Translations under genes and position numbers: made by a program
The notes under the pieces: generated by a model
The model's input: only the letters and a program-made list of their open reading frames with translations
Told to the model about the DNA's origin: nothing
Database searches by the model: none
Assembly (NCBI GenBank): GCA_016214055.1
Contig: JACRPE010000011.1
Location: forward strand, 793-64,792
Source of the DNA: Candidatus Roizmanbacteria bacterium
Lineage (GTDB): Bacteria; Patescibacteriota; Microgenomatia; UBA1406; GWC2-37-13
Direction: 5' to 3'
DNA length: 64,000 nucleotides
Shown here: piece after piece, positions 16,495 through 24,370 of the stretch
How the letters are laid out: each line of letters opens with the position of its first letter
How positions within the stretch are numbered: the stretch's first letter is position 1

Positions 16495-16803
16495 TCAAAC
16501 AAAGTGACTCACGACATACATATACTTCAAATCTTCATCGGCTTCATTTTTTACATTATGTCGTTTTTGAGGGGGAATATAGATCATGGAACCGGCTTCG
16601 ACGTATTCCTTCTCACCTTCCATCTCAATAAGTGCCTCGCCTTCGATGATATAAAGTACTTCTTCGCGCTTTTCGGTCACCTGTTCTCCCGCTTCTTCAC
16701 CTTTGTGTAATAGAACAAATCCTGAACCTGTTTGTACGGATGCTGGTTGTTTTAATAACGATTCATTCTTGGTTTTTTTGTGAATATGTTTATGAATATG
16801 CAT
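16495..16803 (-). CDS. Cupin-domain protein
   Basis: GEALIEMEGEKEYVEAGSMIYIPPQKRHNVKN is cupin_2-like. The start is moved to the Met at 16803 because the track's longer N-terminus would run through the NUDIX promoter. Confidence 0.6.
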   Translation of the reverse strand: MHIHKHIHKKTKNESLLKQPASVQTGSGFVLLHKGEEAGEQVTEKREEVLYIIEGEALIEMEGEKEYVEAGSMIYIPPQKRHNVKNEADEDLKYMYVVSHFV

Positions 16804-16856
16804 AAGATTTATTATCGGGAATCTATATAAATGATAATGTTTTATAATTGTACTGT

Positions 16857-17312
16857 ATGGATACAAAAAAAGAGACGTCGGCGGGAGGGATTGTCTTTAA
16901 AAAAATTAATAATGAAGTTTTGTGGCTGATTACTCAACACTCATTAAACAAAAGCTGGGGATTTCCTAAGGGCCTAATTGGAGATAAGGAAAAAGATGAG
17001 CCCATGGAGTCGGCCGCGTTGCGGGAGGTGAATGAAGAGGGTGGAGTGATGGCAAAAATAGTTCATGCAAAGCCCATAGCGGTAAAGTTTGACTATCAGT
17101 GGAGCGGCTCGCCTCATGGGAAAACAAGTAAGGAAAAAATACTCGTCCATAAAACGGTGTATTACTATCTCATGGAATATATTTCGGGCGACCCAAAAGA
17201 TCATGACTGGGAGATGATGGATGCCAAATTTGTATCTGAAGAGGAAGTTAAAAAAACACTCACCTATCCGTCAGATAAACAGGCATTTGATGAGACGCTT
17301 AAATTGATATAA
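16857..17312 (+). CDS. NUDIX hydrolase
   Basis: The Nudix box GFPKGLIGDKEKDEPMESAALREVNEEGGV fits GX5EX7REUXEEXGU. The ATG at 16857 lies 8 nt after TATAAT (16843-16848). Confidence 0.8.
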   Translation: MDTKKETSAGGIVFKKINNEVLWLITQHSLNKSWGFPKGLIGDKEKDEPMESAALREVNEEGGVMAKIVHAKPIAVKFDYQWSGSPHGKTSKEKILVHKTVYYYLMEYISGDPKDHDWEMMDAKFVSEEEVKKTLTYPSDKQAFDETLKLI

Positions 17313-17328
17313 TAGCCCTGTGGGACAA

Positions 17329-17405
17329 GCCCTTGTAGCTCAATTGGATAGAGTAGTGGCTTCCGAAGCCATTGGTTGGGGGTTCAAGTCCCTCCGGGGG
17401 CACCA
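17329..17405 (+). tRNA. tRNA-Arg (anticodon CCG), CCA encoded
   Basis: Hand-folded cloverleaf: gcccttg/cgggggc acceptor, gctc/gagt D stem, gtggc-ttccgaa-gccat, ggggg-ttcaagt-ccctc, then A-CCA. Confidence 0.85.
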
Positions 17406-17426
17406 TAAACACCAGGGTTTACCCTG

Positions 17427-17462
17427 AAAATGTTTGCTAAAAAGCAAGTTAGCAAACATTTT
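17427..17462. repeat. Palindromic hairpin AAAATGTTTGCTAA-N8-TTAGCAAACATTTT (terminator-like)
   Basis: Perfect 14-bp arms. The same arms recur at 18355-18414. Confidence 0.75.
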
Positions 17463-17464
17463 TA

Positions 17465-17535
17465 GGGCCTATAGTTAAGTGGTATACCGCGTCATTCGCA
17501 TTGACGAGTCGCCGGTTCAATTCCGGCTAGGTCCA
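17465..17535 (+). tRNA. tRNA-Ala (anticodon CGC)
   Basis: gggccta/taggtcc acceptor with G3:U70, cgtca-ttcgcat-tgacg anticodon arm, gccgg-ttcaatt-ccggc T arm. The D stem is weak and the variable loop is 4 nt. Confidence 0.75.
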
Positions 17536-17622
17536 CCGTAAAAGTTGCCTCCTTTTACGGTGTAAACACCACACTGGAAATATAAATCGGCTAGATTTTG
17601 TATAATGATGAGCGTTAAAGTC

Positions 17623-17694
17623 GCGTCTGTAGCTCAGTGGTAGAGCGCTACTCTTATAAAGTAGATGTCCTTGGTCCGACCCCAAGCAGACGCA
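17623..17694 (+). tRNA. tRNA-Ile (anticodon UAU)
   Basis: gcgtctg/cagacgc acceptor, gctc-agtggta-gagc, ctact-cttataa-agtag, cttgg-tccgacc-ccaag. The T loop reads TCC rather than TTC. Confidence 0.7.
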
Positions 17695-17715
17695 CATACG
17701 GTATAATAGTCAAAT

Positions 17716-17774
17716 GCTGAGGTAGGGCTCCGAGTCGGAGCCTGGTCCCGCCGTCCGAATCGGACGGCACGGCG
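17716..17774 (+). repeat. Copy A of a tRNA-derived repeat (5' portion only)
   Basis: gctgaggta-gggctccgagtcggagcc-tggtc-ccgccgtccgaatcggacggcacggcg is nearly identical to the first ~58 nt of the element at 18247-18351, then diverges into the GIY-YIG gene leader. Confidence 0.75.
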
Positions 17775-17803
17775 AAAGGTTGTTAAGATTGTTAAAATAG
17801 AGT

Positions 17804-18058
17804 ATGTTTTTTACATATATTTTACAATCAGAAAAAGATAAGAAGCTGTATATTGGCTTTACTGATAATGTTGAAAAGAGATTGGAAGAGCATAATGAAG
17901 GTATAAATATTTCAACAAAATCACGAGCACCTTTTAAATTATTGTATTACGAAGCACTGCCAACCAAAGAAGAGGCTTTGCGAAGAGAAAACTTTTATAA
18001 GTCAGGAAGAGGACACGAAGTCATTTATAAAATTTTATTTAAATCACTACTGAGGTAG
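17804..18058 (+). CDS. Small GIY-YIG (URI-domain) nuclease family protein
   Basis: FFTYILQSEKDKKLYIGFTDNVEKRLEEHNEG..ALRRENFYKS has the GIY/YIG, R and E core motifs. Its stop codon TAG lies inside repeat copy B. Confidence 0.8.
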   Translation: MFFTYILQSEKDKKLYIGFTDNVEKRLEEHNEGINISTKSRAPFKLLYYEALPTKEEALRRENFYKSGRGHEVIYKILFKSLLR

Positions 18059-18082
18059 GGCTCCGAGTCGGAGCCTGGTCAC
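18050..18082 (+). repeat. Copy B of the tRNA-derived repeat (33 nt)
   Basis: ctgaggtagggctccgagtcggagcctggtcac is identical except 1 nt to 17717-17749 and to 18248-18280. Confidence 0.8.
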
Positions 18083-18106
18083 GGTAGTGATCACTGTAAT
18101 GTTATT

Positions 18107-18179
18107 GCTGAGGTAGCCAAGGTGGTCACGGCGGAGGTCTGAAAAACCCCAGATGTCAGTTCGACTCTGACCCTCAGCA
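18107..18179 (+). tRNA. tRNA-Phe-like (anticodon GAA), 73 nt
   Basis: gctgagg/cctcagc acceptor, gcc-aaggtggtcac-ggc D arm (3 bp), gaggt-ctgaaaa-acccc (one A-C mismatch), gtcag-ttcgact-ctgac T arm, discriminator A. Confidence 0.6.
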
Positions 18180-18246
18180 CAGCTTATATAAAACGTTCAA
18201 GAGTTATATAGGATAGAGTATAACCAAGGATTTTCGCATTATTTAG

Positions 18247-18351
18247 TCTGAGGTAGGGCTCCGAGTCGGAGCCTGGTCACGCCGTCCGAGTCGGACGGCA
18301 GGGCGGGGGTCTGAAACCCTCCGAATCGGAGGGCGACTCTGACCCTCAGCA
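18247..18351 (+). ncRNA. tRNA-like element / tRNA pseudogene whose arms are three GC-rich GANTC-centred hairpins
   Basis: It shares (t)ctgaggta...tggtcac and ...cgactctgaccctcagcac with the tRNA at 18107-18179. It carries ggctccg-agt-cggagcc, gccgtccg-agt-cggacggc and ccctccg-aat-cggaggg in place of normal D, anticodon and T-5' segments. Confidence 0.45.
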
Positions 18352-18354
18352 CTA

Positions 18355-18414
18355 AAAATGTTTGCTAATTTGTCTAAAGACAAATTAAAAGGCTTTGCTT
18401 TTAGCAAACATTTT
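18355..18414. repeat. Second copy of the AAAATGTTTGCTAA / TTAGCAAACATTTT palindrome (longer loop)
   Basis: The arms are identical to 17427-17462. The loop contains its own hairpin tttgtc-taaa-gacaaa. Confidence 0.75.
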
Positions 18415-18441
18415 CAGTGTAAACACTTAATTCAATTTTAT

Positions 18442-19299
18442 ATGGAAATCCGAGTTGCCGATCAACGCATACTTCTCTTTTCCGATCAGATTACTCCCGA
18501 GGATGCAAAAAAAAAGTCGTGGGATAAAAAGATGGACGCCTTTGACGCGGTCAGTAAAGTAACTGGCTTTTTTTCCCGCCCGAAAGATGAAGATTTTGAG
18601 CTTCTTTACCACGAACACCGCTATCAGCCTTTTTGGCATGTAGTTGCCAAGTCAAAATATGTGTATGACCGCACCGCAAAATATCAAGTTCCCGTCGCCG
18701 GACCCGAGGTAAAGTCAGTTACCTTGCAGGCGGACGATTATGAAGTATTAAATGGTCACGTGCATGTACCCGTGATGGAACACTGCAGTCAGGAGGAATC
18801 GGATGAAGTATTGGTCGACGGAGTAACCGGTAAAAATGCACCCCAACTTGCAACTTATTTATCCTTATCCCCTCAAGTCGTCGAAGGAAAACTTGAAAAA
18901 AGCGTACCACCTCAGTCTATTTTGATTCCTCCCCAAGCCCGGGTTTCCGCTATTATGAGAGAAACTCTTGCCCGGATGATAAAAGGTATTCAGGCGGATA
19001 AAATCATTGAGGAACATGTAGAGGTAACCTGTATCGATCTCTACTATCATCCTGTCTATGCTTATCAATACCGATGGATCTCAAAAAATAAAGAGGCAAT
19101 CGTGGAGATAGACGGATTGACCGGTGAGATTAGATCAGGGGCACGAGTATTTAGCGAGTATCTGGGGAAGGTCCTCGATCAAAACTTCCTTTTTGATTTA
19201 GGCGCTGATGCGGCAGGTATGCTTATACCCGGCGGCAGTATCGCGGTCAAAGTTGCAAAGCGCTATATTGAATCAAAAAGAAAAGATTCAAAAAAGTAA
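18442..19299 (+). CDS. Hypothetical protein
   Basis: Long ORF. I start it at the in-frame ATG at 18442 because the track's first 28 codons are the palindromic repeat. Confidence 0.5.
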   Translation: MEIRVADQRILLFSDQITPEDAKKKSWDKKMDAFDAVSKVTGFFSRPKDEDFELLYHEHRYQPFWHVVAKSKYVYDRTAKYQVPVAGPEVKSVTLQADDYEVLNGHVHVPVMEHCSQEESDEVLVDGVTGKNAPQLATYLSLSPQVVEGKLEKSVPPQSILIPPQARVSAIMRETLARMIKGIQADKIIEEHVEVTCIDLYYHPVYAYQYRWISKNKEAIVEIDGLTGEIRSGARVFSEYLGKVLDQNFLFDLGADAAGMLIPGGSIAVKVAKRYIESKRKDSKK

Positions 19300-19315
19300 T
19301 GTTCTATCTTCTCAT

Positions 19316-19921
19316 TTAATTTTGTAATGCATTTTTTCCATCACTTATCTTCACAATAATTGAAGAAAGTATAATCGCACCAATTAATACCGAAGCCGCA
19401 TATCCAATCACTCCTTGATAACCGATCACGGTTGGATTTAAGAATTCATAGGGATACCAAGAAGTTATGGCTCCTCGTATCAAAGAGTAGATCAAATAAA
19501 TTACCAAAAATAATATCCATATCAATGATTGTTTGAAATGAATTTTTACTGATGGAGTGAGTATCCAATCTGCAGACATCACAATCGGGGCAAAATAATG
19601 TAGTGTTATATTTACCCAAAAAATAAACTCGTCATTCTTTCCGCCGAGTAGAATTATGAACCCCAATCCTGTTATCAAGATGTATAAAGTTGCCGCTCCC
19701 CTGATTATATCGGCACGTCTTTGACCGGTTATTTTGAAAGTCGAATTGATGAGTGCGAAAGCCACAAAAAGATTACTCAAAATCGTAAAATAACTGAAGT
19801 AATCTACTGCTTTTTGCTTGAAAGTCAAGAACTGAACTACAATTGCGGCTAAAATAAGCATTCCCACACTCAATCGATAAATCTTAATGAAGATGTCCTT
19901 GCTCATAAATTGATTATACAT
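19316..19921 (-). CDS. Polytopic membrane protein (possibly Pr6Pr/FAR-17a-like)
   Basis: Six hydrophobic segments. FSYFTILSNLFVAFALI resembles that family from memory only. Confidence 0.4.
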   Translation of the reverse strand: MYNQFMSKDIFIKIYRLSVGMLILAAIVVQFLTFKQKAVDYFSYFTILSNLFVAFALINSTFKITGQRRADIIRGAATLYILITGLGFIILLGGKNDEFIFWVNITLHYFAPIVMSADWILTPSVKIHFKQSLIWILFLVIYLIYSLIRGAITSWYPYEFLNPTVIGYQGVIGYAASVLIGAIILSSIIVKISDGKNALQN

Positions 19922-19983
19922 CCACTTCCTCCTTGCATTGCGACTAATTCATCTATAATGAATATTATCAATTCATAAATATT

Positions 19984-20166
19984 ATGAACGCAAAAAATAT
20001 ATCAGTGGTACTATTAGTACTTGTAGGAGTTTATTTTTTACTATTTCACACCGCCCCTTTTCCCTTCAGTCATGAAGCCATCGGCCTCCCCCCTTTTCAC
20101 GTGGTACATTCCATCTTTGGAATAGTGCTCTTGATAGTTGCAGGGTATGTGTGGAAGAAAAAATAA
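19984..20166 (+). CDS. Small two-TM membrane protein
   Basis: 60-aa ORF made of two hydrophobic helices. Confidence 0.35.
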   Translation: MNAKNISVVLLVLVGVYFLLFHTAPFPFSHEAIGLPPFHVVHSIFGIVLLIVAGYVWKKK

Positions 20167-20276
20167 TACCCAGACATTCTAGTTTTGAGGGGTGAGTTCC
20201 CTTATGATAAACCGCTTTCATCTTTGATGTGCGATTATTAATCAATCCTTTAGCGTAAGTACATAAATACGAAATA

Positions 20277-20849
20277 CTAAGAAGTTTTTATTGGTTGATT
20301 GTTTGGTGCTTTGATATAGGAAAGACTTTTAACCAATTTACCAGGTTTACTTTCGCTATTTCCAATACCGCTCACATCAAAACTACGGTGATAACCTACA
20401 GCCGGTTTCCAAACATCACCTTTTCCATCTTTTATCACTCTGCTTTTAGTTGGCACAGCTTGACGAACACCCTGAATGCTTCCAGGGACATCTCTATAAA
20501 TTGCCTCTAATGACGAATCATACCCTTCTCTTGCACCATGTTGTTTTTCCAGCACATTAATAACACAAGCATCAATCTTGCCCGGAAATAATAAACCATT
20601 ATCATAAAATATGCCAATATTCTCCCTACTCTTTCCTGCCCTAATATCTGTCTCTGCTTGATTTACCTTCTGCACTAACCTAGATAGTCTAGTCCTTACT
20701 TTTTCTTCCGTTTCACCGCTCTCTTTTGCAATTGCGACTGGATCAAGCATTGAAATTTGGTCGGCAAGTAGTGGAGGGGTCAATTCGACCTCCTCAGTTT
20801 GTTTTATTTCATTATCAGCAGGTGCTACCATACTTGCATGATATAACAC
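20277..20849 (-). CDS. Hypothetical protein
   Basis: 190-aa ORF with no recognised motif. Confidence 0.4.
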   Translation of the reverse strand: MLYHASMVAPADNEIKQTEEVELTPPLLADQISMLDPVAIAKESGETEEKVRTRLSRLVQKVNQAETDIRAGKSRENIGIFYDNGLLFPGKIDACVINVLEKQHGAREGYDSSLEAIYRDVPGSIQGVRQAVPTKSRVIKDGKGDVWKPAVGYHRSFDVSGIGNSESKPGKLVKSLSYIKAPNNQPIKTS

Positions 20850-21031
20850 ACAAAGCTAACAGTCAATACTATTAGTTAATTGAAGAGCGTCGGTTGTTTA
20901 CTGCCAATAAAGTATTCCCATTTCTTTAACGCGATCACAAGTTTGTTCATCGGTTGAGGCGCAAATGCTCCTGTGATATACTTGGATGACGCGTGCGTTT
21001 ACGCAGAAAATTTTCTTGAGAAAATTATTCT

Positions 21032-21103
21032 GCGGTGGTAGTTCAACGGTAGAACGTCTCCTTGCCAAGGAGAAGGTTGAGGGTTCAAATCCCTTCCGCC
21101 GCT
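21032..21103 (+). tRNA. tRNA-Gly (anticodon GCC)
   Basis: gcggtgg/ccgccgc acceptor, gttc-aacggta-gaac, tctcc-ttgccaa-ggaga, gaggg-ttcaaat-ccctt. Confidence 0.85.
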
Positions 21104-21221
21104 CAAAATGGAGATCAGAGCTTTCCTGGGCCCCTTTTTTTACGGGAAGGAAGGCCAAAATTAAAATATGAGAAACTCAAGAATAGCTCTGGTAGGATAG
21201 AAGGCTATGGATTGAAAATAT

Positions 21222-21283
21222 TCCCCTAAACGCAAAAAGTCCCTTGCGGGACTTTCTACCGACCGGGGACACCCCGATCCAAT
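21222..21283 (-). ncRNA. Candidate small RNA S3 (promoter + hairpins + T-run on the minus strand)
   Basis: The minus strand reads TTGACA-N13-TATAAT-GGAGTCATTGGATCGGGGTGTCCCCGGTCGGTAGAAAGTCCCGCAAGGGACTTTTTGCGTTT. The hairpin aaagtccc-gcaa-gggacttt is followed by T's. Confidence 0.3.
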
Positions 21284-21392
21284 GACTCCATTATACTATG
21301 TATATCATTGTCAAATGAAGAATTTTTTTAAACCTAAAAAATGATTCATAATTATTGCTTGTTATGAGGTGATAGAATAGAAAGAACAACTT

Positions 21393-22244
21393 ATGAATAT
21401 TACTCTCCCCCTTCTCCTCTCCGTCGGCGCGATGTTGTGTTGGGGTGTTTTGTATATTTTCACAACCAAACTTAGCCGGAAAGTTGACCCTTTCGTAACG
21501 CTATTTTTATTCCAATTTACCAGCATCCTCATGCTTTTACCACTGTCCCCTTTTATCCATCAGCCCATTGATGCGAAAGGAGTTAGTTCAATTGTATTTT
21601 TAGGTGGAGTTGGTGGCCTTATATGGATTTTGTTTTTATATGCTACAAAAATTGGAAGCGTTCCGGTTGTCATACCGGTTACAAATATATCAATCCCTCT
21701 TGCAGCCCTTCTTGGCATAATTTTTCTGCATGAGTCTTTTTCCATTTATAAAGGAATAAGTATTATTCTTGTCTTACTCGGAGTCATCCTTATCTCATTT
21801 GATTTCAAAGCACTACGTGTCTTGCAAAAAAAATTTGTATTCAGGGGGGTTACTCCCGCTTTTTTTGCTGGTTTGGGTATGGGGACTTATTCATTATTCA
21901 GTACTTTTCTGACGCGGCAGTATGGTTGGTATAACTCTTCGATACTTATACGTGTGGGAATAATTGCACTGGCCCTAGCGGTAATATTTGTAAGACGCAT
22001 CCCAATCAAGGAAATCCCTTGGAGGTATGTGATATTCGCCGCCCTGGTTGACACCGTTGGATTTGCTTTTTATAACATCGCCATAACCTTGGGTGAGCTG
22101 TCATACGTTTCCGTTATCACAAGTTCCTGTACCGTCGTAACCGTCTTCTTATCTTACGTCTTTCTCAAAGAAAAACTCAATCGCATACAGCTCTTCGGTT
22201 TCCTTTTTTCCCTCGCGGGGATTATTTTACTTCAGTTGAAATAA
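21393..22244 (+). CDS. EamA/DMT-family transporter
   Basis: 10-TM profile with a duplicated EamA-like architecture, 283 aa. Confidence 0.65.
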   Translation: MNITLPLLLSVGAMLCWGVLYIFTTKLSRKVDPFVTLFLFQFTSILMLLPLSPFIHQPIDAKGVSSIVFLGGVGGLIWILFLYATKIGSVPVVIPVTNISIPLAALLGIIFLHESFSIYKGISIILVLLGVILISFDFKALRVLQKKFVFRGVTPAFFAGLGMGTYSLFSTFLTRQYGWYNSSILIRVGIIALALAVIFVRRIPIKEIPWRYVIFAALVDTVGFAFYNIAITLGELSYVSVITSSCTVVTVFLSYVFLKEKLNRIQLFGFLFSLAGIILLQLK

Positions 22245-22256
22245 AGACTCGTATTT

Positions 22257-23033
22257 TTAAAAAACAAATAAAAGTATTATTGCCAATGCAATTCTATAAA
22301 TACCAAAAGCAAATAGGGAGTTTTGTTTCAAATATCCAATAAACCACTTCATAACCACGTAGGCAACGATAAATGATGTGATGAATCCTACCAGTAATAA
22401 TGGCAAATATTGGACTGATGATCCGATCAGACTTCTCATCTTGAAAAGGTCATATGCAGATGCCGCAAGGATGGTGGGGACCGCAAGAAGAAACGAATAA
22501 GTGGCCGCCTCGTCGCGTTTGTACCCCTGACCCATGAGATAAAACATCACAATTCCCGACCTTGAGACTCCAGGAATGACCGCAAGAGCCTGCATCAATC
22601 CGGTTAGAACAGCCTGTAACGGAGTCAATGATGATAGTGAATGTTTTAAAATAATTTTTTTCTTTGAAATGAAGTATTCAAGAATAATAAAAAGCAAACC
22701 TACGACAAAAATTGCGTCGATGATAAGCATGTTTGAAGAAAAGAAAATATTTTTTATCATTTTATAGAGAAAAAGGCCGATGACCGCGGTCGGAATGAAT
22801 GAAAAAATAATTTGTTTAATGAGAGCCTTGTGTTTCAATAGATACTGAGAATAAAGAAGAACGACCGCCAAAATAGCCCCCGATTGTATAAACACTTCAA
22901 AGAATTTCATGAAATCAGTTTGTGATAAATGAAGAAGTTTTGCGGTTATGATGAGGTGTGCCGTCGATGAGATGGGGAGAAACTCGGTCAACCCTTCAAT
23001 GAGGCCTAAAACAATTGAATGAAATATATTCAC
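22257..23033 (-). CDS. uppP: Undecaprenyl-diphosphate phosphatase
   Basis: IVLGLIEGLTEFLPISSTAHLII and PGVSRSG motifs of BacA/UppP. Confidence 0.85.
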   Translation of the reverse strand: MNIFHSIVLGLIEGLTEFLPISSTAHLIITAKLLHLSQTDFMKFFEVFIQSGAILAVVLLYSQYLLKHKALIKQIIFSFIPTAVIGLFLYKMIKNIFFSSNMLIIDAIFVVGLLFIILEYFISKKKIILKHSLSSLTPLQAVLTGLMQALAVIPGVSRSGIVMFYLMGQGYKRDEAATYSFLLAVPTILAASAYDLFKMRSLIGSSVQYLPLLLVGFITSFIVAYVVMKWFIGYLKQNSLFAFGIYRIALAIILLFVF

Positions 23034-23045
23034 GACGTATATCTT

Positions 23046-23127
23046 GTCATGCTGAATTTATTTCAGCATCTTTAACTTCTCTCAATATGCCTATTGACCA
23101 TAGATCCTGAAACAAGTTCAGGATGAC
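23046..23127. mobile_element. Double-hairpin MITE-like element M1
   Basis: GTCAT-gctgaa..ttcagc-ATC ... GAT-cctgaac..gttcagg-ATGAC. Near-identical to M6 at 48510-48566. Confidence 0.7.
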
Positions 23128-23152
23128 AGATTACAATAGTATAATATAACAT

Positions 23153-24313
23153 ATGAAAATAGCTATAGTTCATGACCAGCTCCGCGAATTCGGTGGGGCT
23201 GAACGGGTACTCGTTGTCTTGAAGGAAATATATCCTCAGGCTGATGTATTCACTTCGACATTTGATCTTAATTCACTCGGTGAACATAAAGAAATAGTTA
23301 AACACTGGAATGTCCATGTATCCTGGTTTGGGAAAATTCCTTTGTTAAATAGACTTTACTCACCTCTTCGTTTTTTGACCCCTCTCATCTGGGAATCGTT
23401 TGATTTTTCAAAATATGACCTGGTGATTTCTTCAACCGGGTCCTGGATGTGTAAGGGGATCGTAACAAAGAAACCAACTATTCACATAAGCTACATCCAC
23501 CATCCCCCACGCTATCTTTACGGATATGAGACGGCGGTCGAGTGGCAGAAACATTTGATTATAAAAATATACGGCGTTTTTATAAATCATTTTTTACGCC
23601 TCTGGGATTATGAAGCATCCCAAAAACCTGACCATCTTATCGCAAACTCAATTGAGACGCAAAAGAGAATTACGAAGTTTTATCGACGTGACTCAACTGT
23701 CATCTACCCTCCAGTAAATGTCCCTTCTCAATCTGTCATTTCGAACGTAGAGAGAAATCTAGCGAAGCGTGATTATTTTATTACTGTTTCAAGATTAGCA
23801 AGAGCAAAACACGTAGACCTTTTGATAAAAGCCGCCAATAAATATCATTTCAATCTGAAGGTTGTTGGAGTAGGTCGCGATATGAAATACTTGCAATCCA
23901 TCGCAGGACTAACAATAGAGTTTTTAGGTAACGTATCTGATAAAAAATTGAAAGACCTCTATCAAAATGCAAAAGCTTTTCTGTTTGCTTCCATTGACGA
24001 GGAGTTTGGTATAGCTCCGGTTGAGGCGATGGGCTTCGGACTGCCCGTCATTGCTTATGCCTCGGGAGGTTTGAAAGAAACTGTTCACGAAGACGTGAAT
24101 GGATATCTTTTTCAGGAACAATCTGAAAAATCACTAGAGGTGGCAATGAAAAAGCTGCAATCCTTGTCAGATGAAAAATATTTGGATATGAGAAAGTATG
24201 CTCGTAAAGAATCCGAAAAATACTCTGAAGAAGTTTTTAAAAAGAAGATTATTCAACTCGTTAACTCAAAACTTCTTATTGGTCATTCCCGTGAAGACGG
24301 GAATCCATGCTAA
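23153..24313 (+). CDS. GT4-family glycosyltransferase
   Basis: EEFGIAPVEAMGFGLPVIAYASGGLKETV (E-x7-E region). The last ~10 codons (GHSREDGNPC-stop) are encoded by MITE M2. Confidence 0.8.
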   Translation: MKIAIVHDQLREFGGAERVLVVLKEIYPQADVFTSTFDLNSLGEHKEIVKHWNVHVSWFGKIPLLNRLYSPLRFLTPLIWESFDFSKYDLVISSTGSWMCKGIVTKKPTIHISYIHHPPRYLYGYETAVEWQKHLIIKIYGVFINHFLRLWDYEASQKPDHLIANSIETQKRITKFYRRDSTVIYPPVNVPSQSVISNVERNLAKRDYFITVSRLARAKHVDLLIKAANKYHFNLKVVGVGRDMKYLQSIAGLTIEFLGNVSDKKLKDLYQNAKAFLFASIDEEFGIAPVEAMGFGLPVIAYASGGLKETVHEDVNGYLFQEQSEKSLEVAMKKLQSLSDEKYLDMRKYARKESEKYSEEVFKKKIIQLVNSKLLIGHSREDGNPC

Positions 24314-24363
24314 AATCACAAATTTGTATTTATAGACTGGGTCCCCGCCTACGCGGGGATGAC
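24282..24363. mobile_element. Double-hairpin MITE-like element M2
   Basis: GTCAT-tcccg-tgaaga-cggga-ATCC ... GG-tccccgc-ctac-gcgggga-TGAC. Confidence 0.65.
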
Positions 24364-24370
24364 GGTGAGG

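Noticed and set aside
18358-18441. N-terminal 28 codons of the ORF at 18358
   Set aside because: This stretch is exactly the AAAATGTTTGCTAA...TTAGCAAACATTTT palindromic repeat also found at 17427-17462. An in-frame ATG at 18442 follows it.
20898-21171. ORFs 20898-21158 (-) and 20986-21171 (+)
   Set aside because: Both overlap the well-formed tRNA-Gly(GCC) at 21032-21103 and have no recognisable motifs.
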